This document shows, piece by piece, positions 62,830-64,000 of a DNA stretch of 64,000 bases. The DNA is from Paraspadella gotoi. Its lineage: Eukaryota > Animalia > Chaetognatha. Location: contig JBJCIZ010000239.1 of NCBI GenBank assembly GCA_051294375.1, positions 4,283,834-4,347,833 on the forward strand. The letters are read 5' to 3'. How positions within the stretch are numbered: position 1 is the stretch's first letter; every line of letters starts with the position of its first letter. The notes beneath the pieces were generated by a model, which was not told the DNA's origin, did no database searches, and saw nothing but the letters and a program-made list of their open reading frames with translations. The translations under genes were made by a program, and so were the position numbers.

Positions 62830-62969
62830 GAAATAAGTTTGAATTTATTTGCAACAACGATTTTATTAGTACATAAGGACGTACATGTTTCGGCTTTAGT
62901 TACAAGCCTTCTTCAGCGTCATAGAAAAATTGTTTGTGAACTTTCACAAATCATTTGTGCAAAGGAAAA

Positions 62970-63041
<72 letters not shown>

Positions 63042-63170
63042 GAGACAGAGAGAGGGCAAAGTTTCCAACACAGAGTTGAGAAAAAGAATAGTGGTCAGAT
63101 GTGAGGACAGGTCAAGGTGAAGACAGATTGAGTTAGACTGTGAAAAGAAATTAAGTGGTGAAAATTTTTG
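62830..63170 (-). mobile_element. Solo pseudo-LTR fragment of a related Penelope-like family
   Basis: Diverged homolog of 59970-60250 (tttccaaca...gaatagtggtcaga.gtgaggacagg) including the hammerhead. Confidence 0.7.
62878..62920 (-). ncRNA. Minimal type I hammerhead ribozyme (intact, GUA site)
   Basis: Minus strand: GACG CTGAAGA a GGCT-tgtaactaa-AGCC GAAAC at GTA CGTC; stem I differs in sequence from the other copies but still pairs. Confidence 0.85.
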
Positions 63171-63282
63171 AGAGAGAGACAGAGAGAGAGAGAGAGAGAA
63201 AAGAAAAAAGGAACATTAGTAACTTCTAATCCAAACACAACGAAAAGAAAGGAAATTCGCTATGATTTTCATCTTATAGTAG

Positions 63283-63497
63283 ATTTCTACCTATGGCGCA
63301 GAGTCCCGACTCTTCCAATCAAGCCAAAGACCAAGCTGTCCAACAAGCTTCCTTCCAAGCTTCCTTCCAAGCTTCCTCTCGCCCTGCCGACCGAGCTAAC
63401 GAGGGGAAGAGGGATGGATTGACGACGAGAACGACCAATCAAATGCTTGTTCGAAGGAAGCTTACCTACGATCAAGCAAAAAGGCTATGCGTTAATG
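63283..63497 (+). CDS. Candidate coding exon ending in a C-type-lectin-like motif
   Basis: GC-rich island between tag| and g|gtaagg. One frame is open: ...QASFQASFQAS...VRRKLTYDQAKRLCVN, resembling the CTLD first helix. Its phase does not join directly to the exon ending at 59659. Confidence 0.45.
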
Positions 63498-63516
63498 GTA
63501 AGGGTTAGGGGAGGGA

Positions 63517-63571
<55 letters not shown>

Positions 63572-64000
63572 AAAAAAGAGGAACTAAAGAAAAGAAAAGA
63601 TGTATCAATTACTTTTAAATTTGTTAAATTGGTTAAAAAATATTTAATTATAAGAGAAAAATTATATTCTTATCTTTAAATGTTATTTCTTTTCTTTTTA
63701 AAAAGGAATCATGATTATTTTTTCTTATTTGCATTAACGTGATTATTTTTAATTTTTATTTTTACTAAAGACAAAAACGATATTAATATTATTGATTACA
63801 AAAAACAGTAACGGTTCTATTAACAGTTACGTGATTTTTTTTGAAACAAAACAAATAACATTTTTAAAACGTAAAATAAAAGAAAACAGAAACGTTATAA
63901 AAACATTACAAGTGTATTATATGGTGTTAAACAACAAAATTAAAAACGTTATTAATGCAGAAAAATTCAAAGTAATACAATATGTAAATGAGATTAAATA

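Overview
AT-rich, repeat-rich animal genomic DNA with spliceosomal introns, (GA)n/(CT)n microsatellites and degenerate TTAGGG tracts. Exons stand out as CpG-rich islands. Genes reconstructed by hand: (1) a complete 28-coding-exon adenylyl cyclase of the type 9 subfamily on + (7534-36223, ~1762 aa); (2) a 5-exon type II membrane protein with a furin site and a divergent TNF-like domain (40146-42348, ~278 aa); (3) a partial multi-exon type II membrane protein with a Ser/Pro mucin-like stalk and furin sites (from 51196, probably continuing past the window); (4) a candidate first exon of a divergently transcribed secreted protein (5175-4951, -). Mobile DNA: a young full-length Gypsy LTR element (45498-50351), a decayed Gypsy pol carrying a nested Tc1-like element, Penelope-like insertions with minimal hammerhead ribozymes (including a ~145-bp micro-element), nested Helentron-associated (DINE-1/HINE-like) elements, MITEs carrying telomere-like repeats, a tRNA-derived SINE head, and an abundant unclassified ~320-bp tandem/dispersed repeat with one fixed hairpin end. 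Homopolymer indels suggest consensus errors, so frameshifts should be read cautiously. All coordinates were counted by eye.
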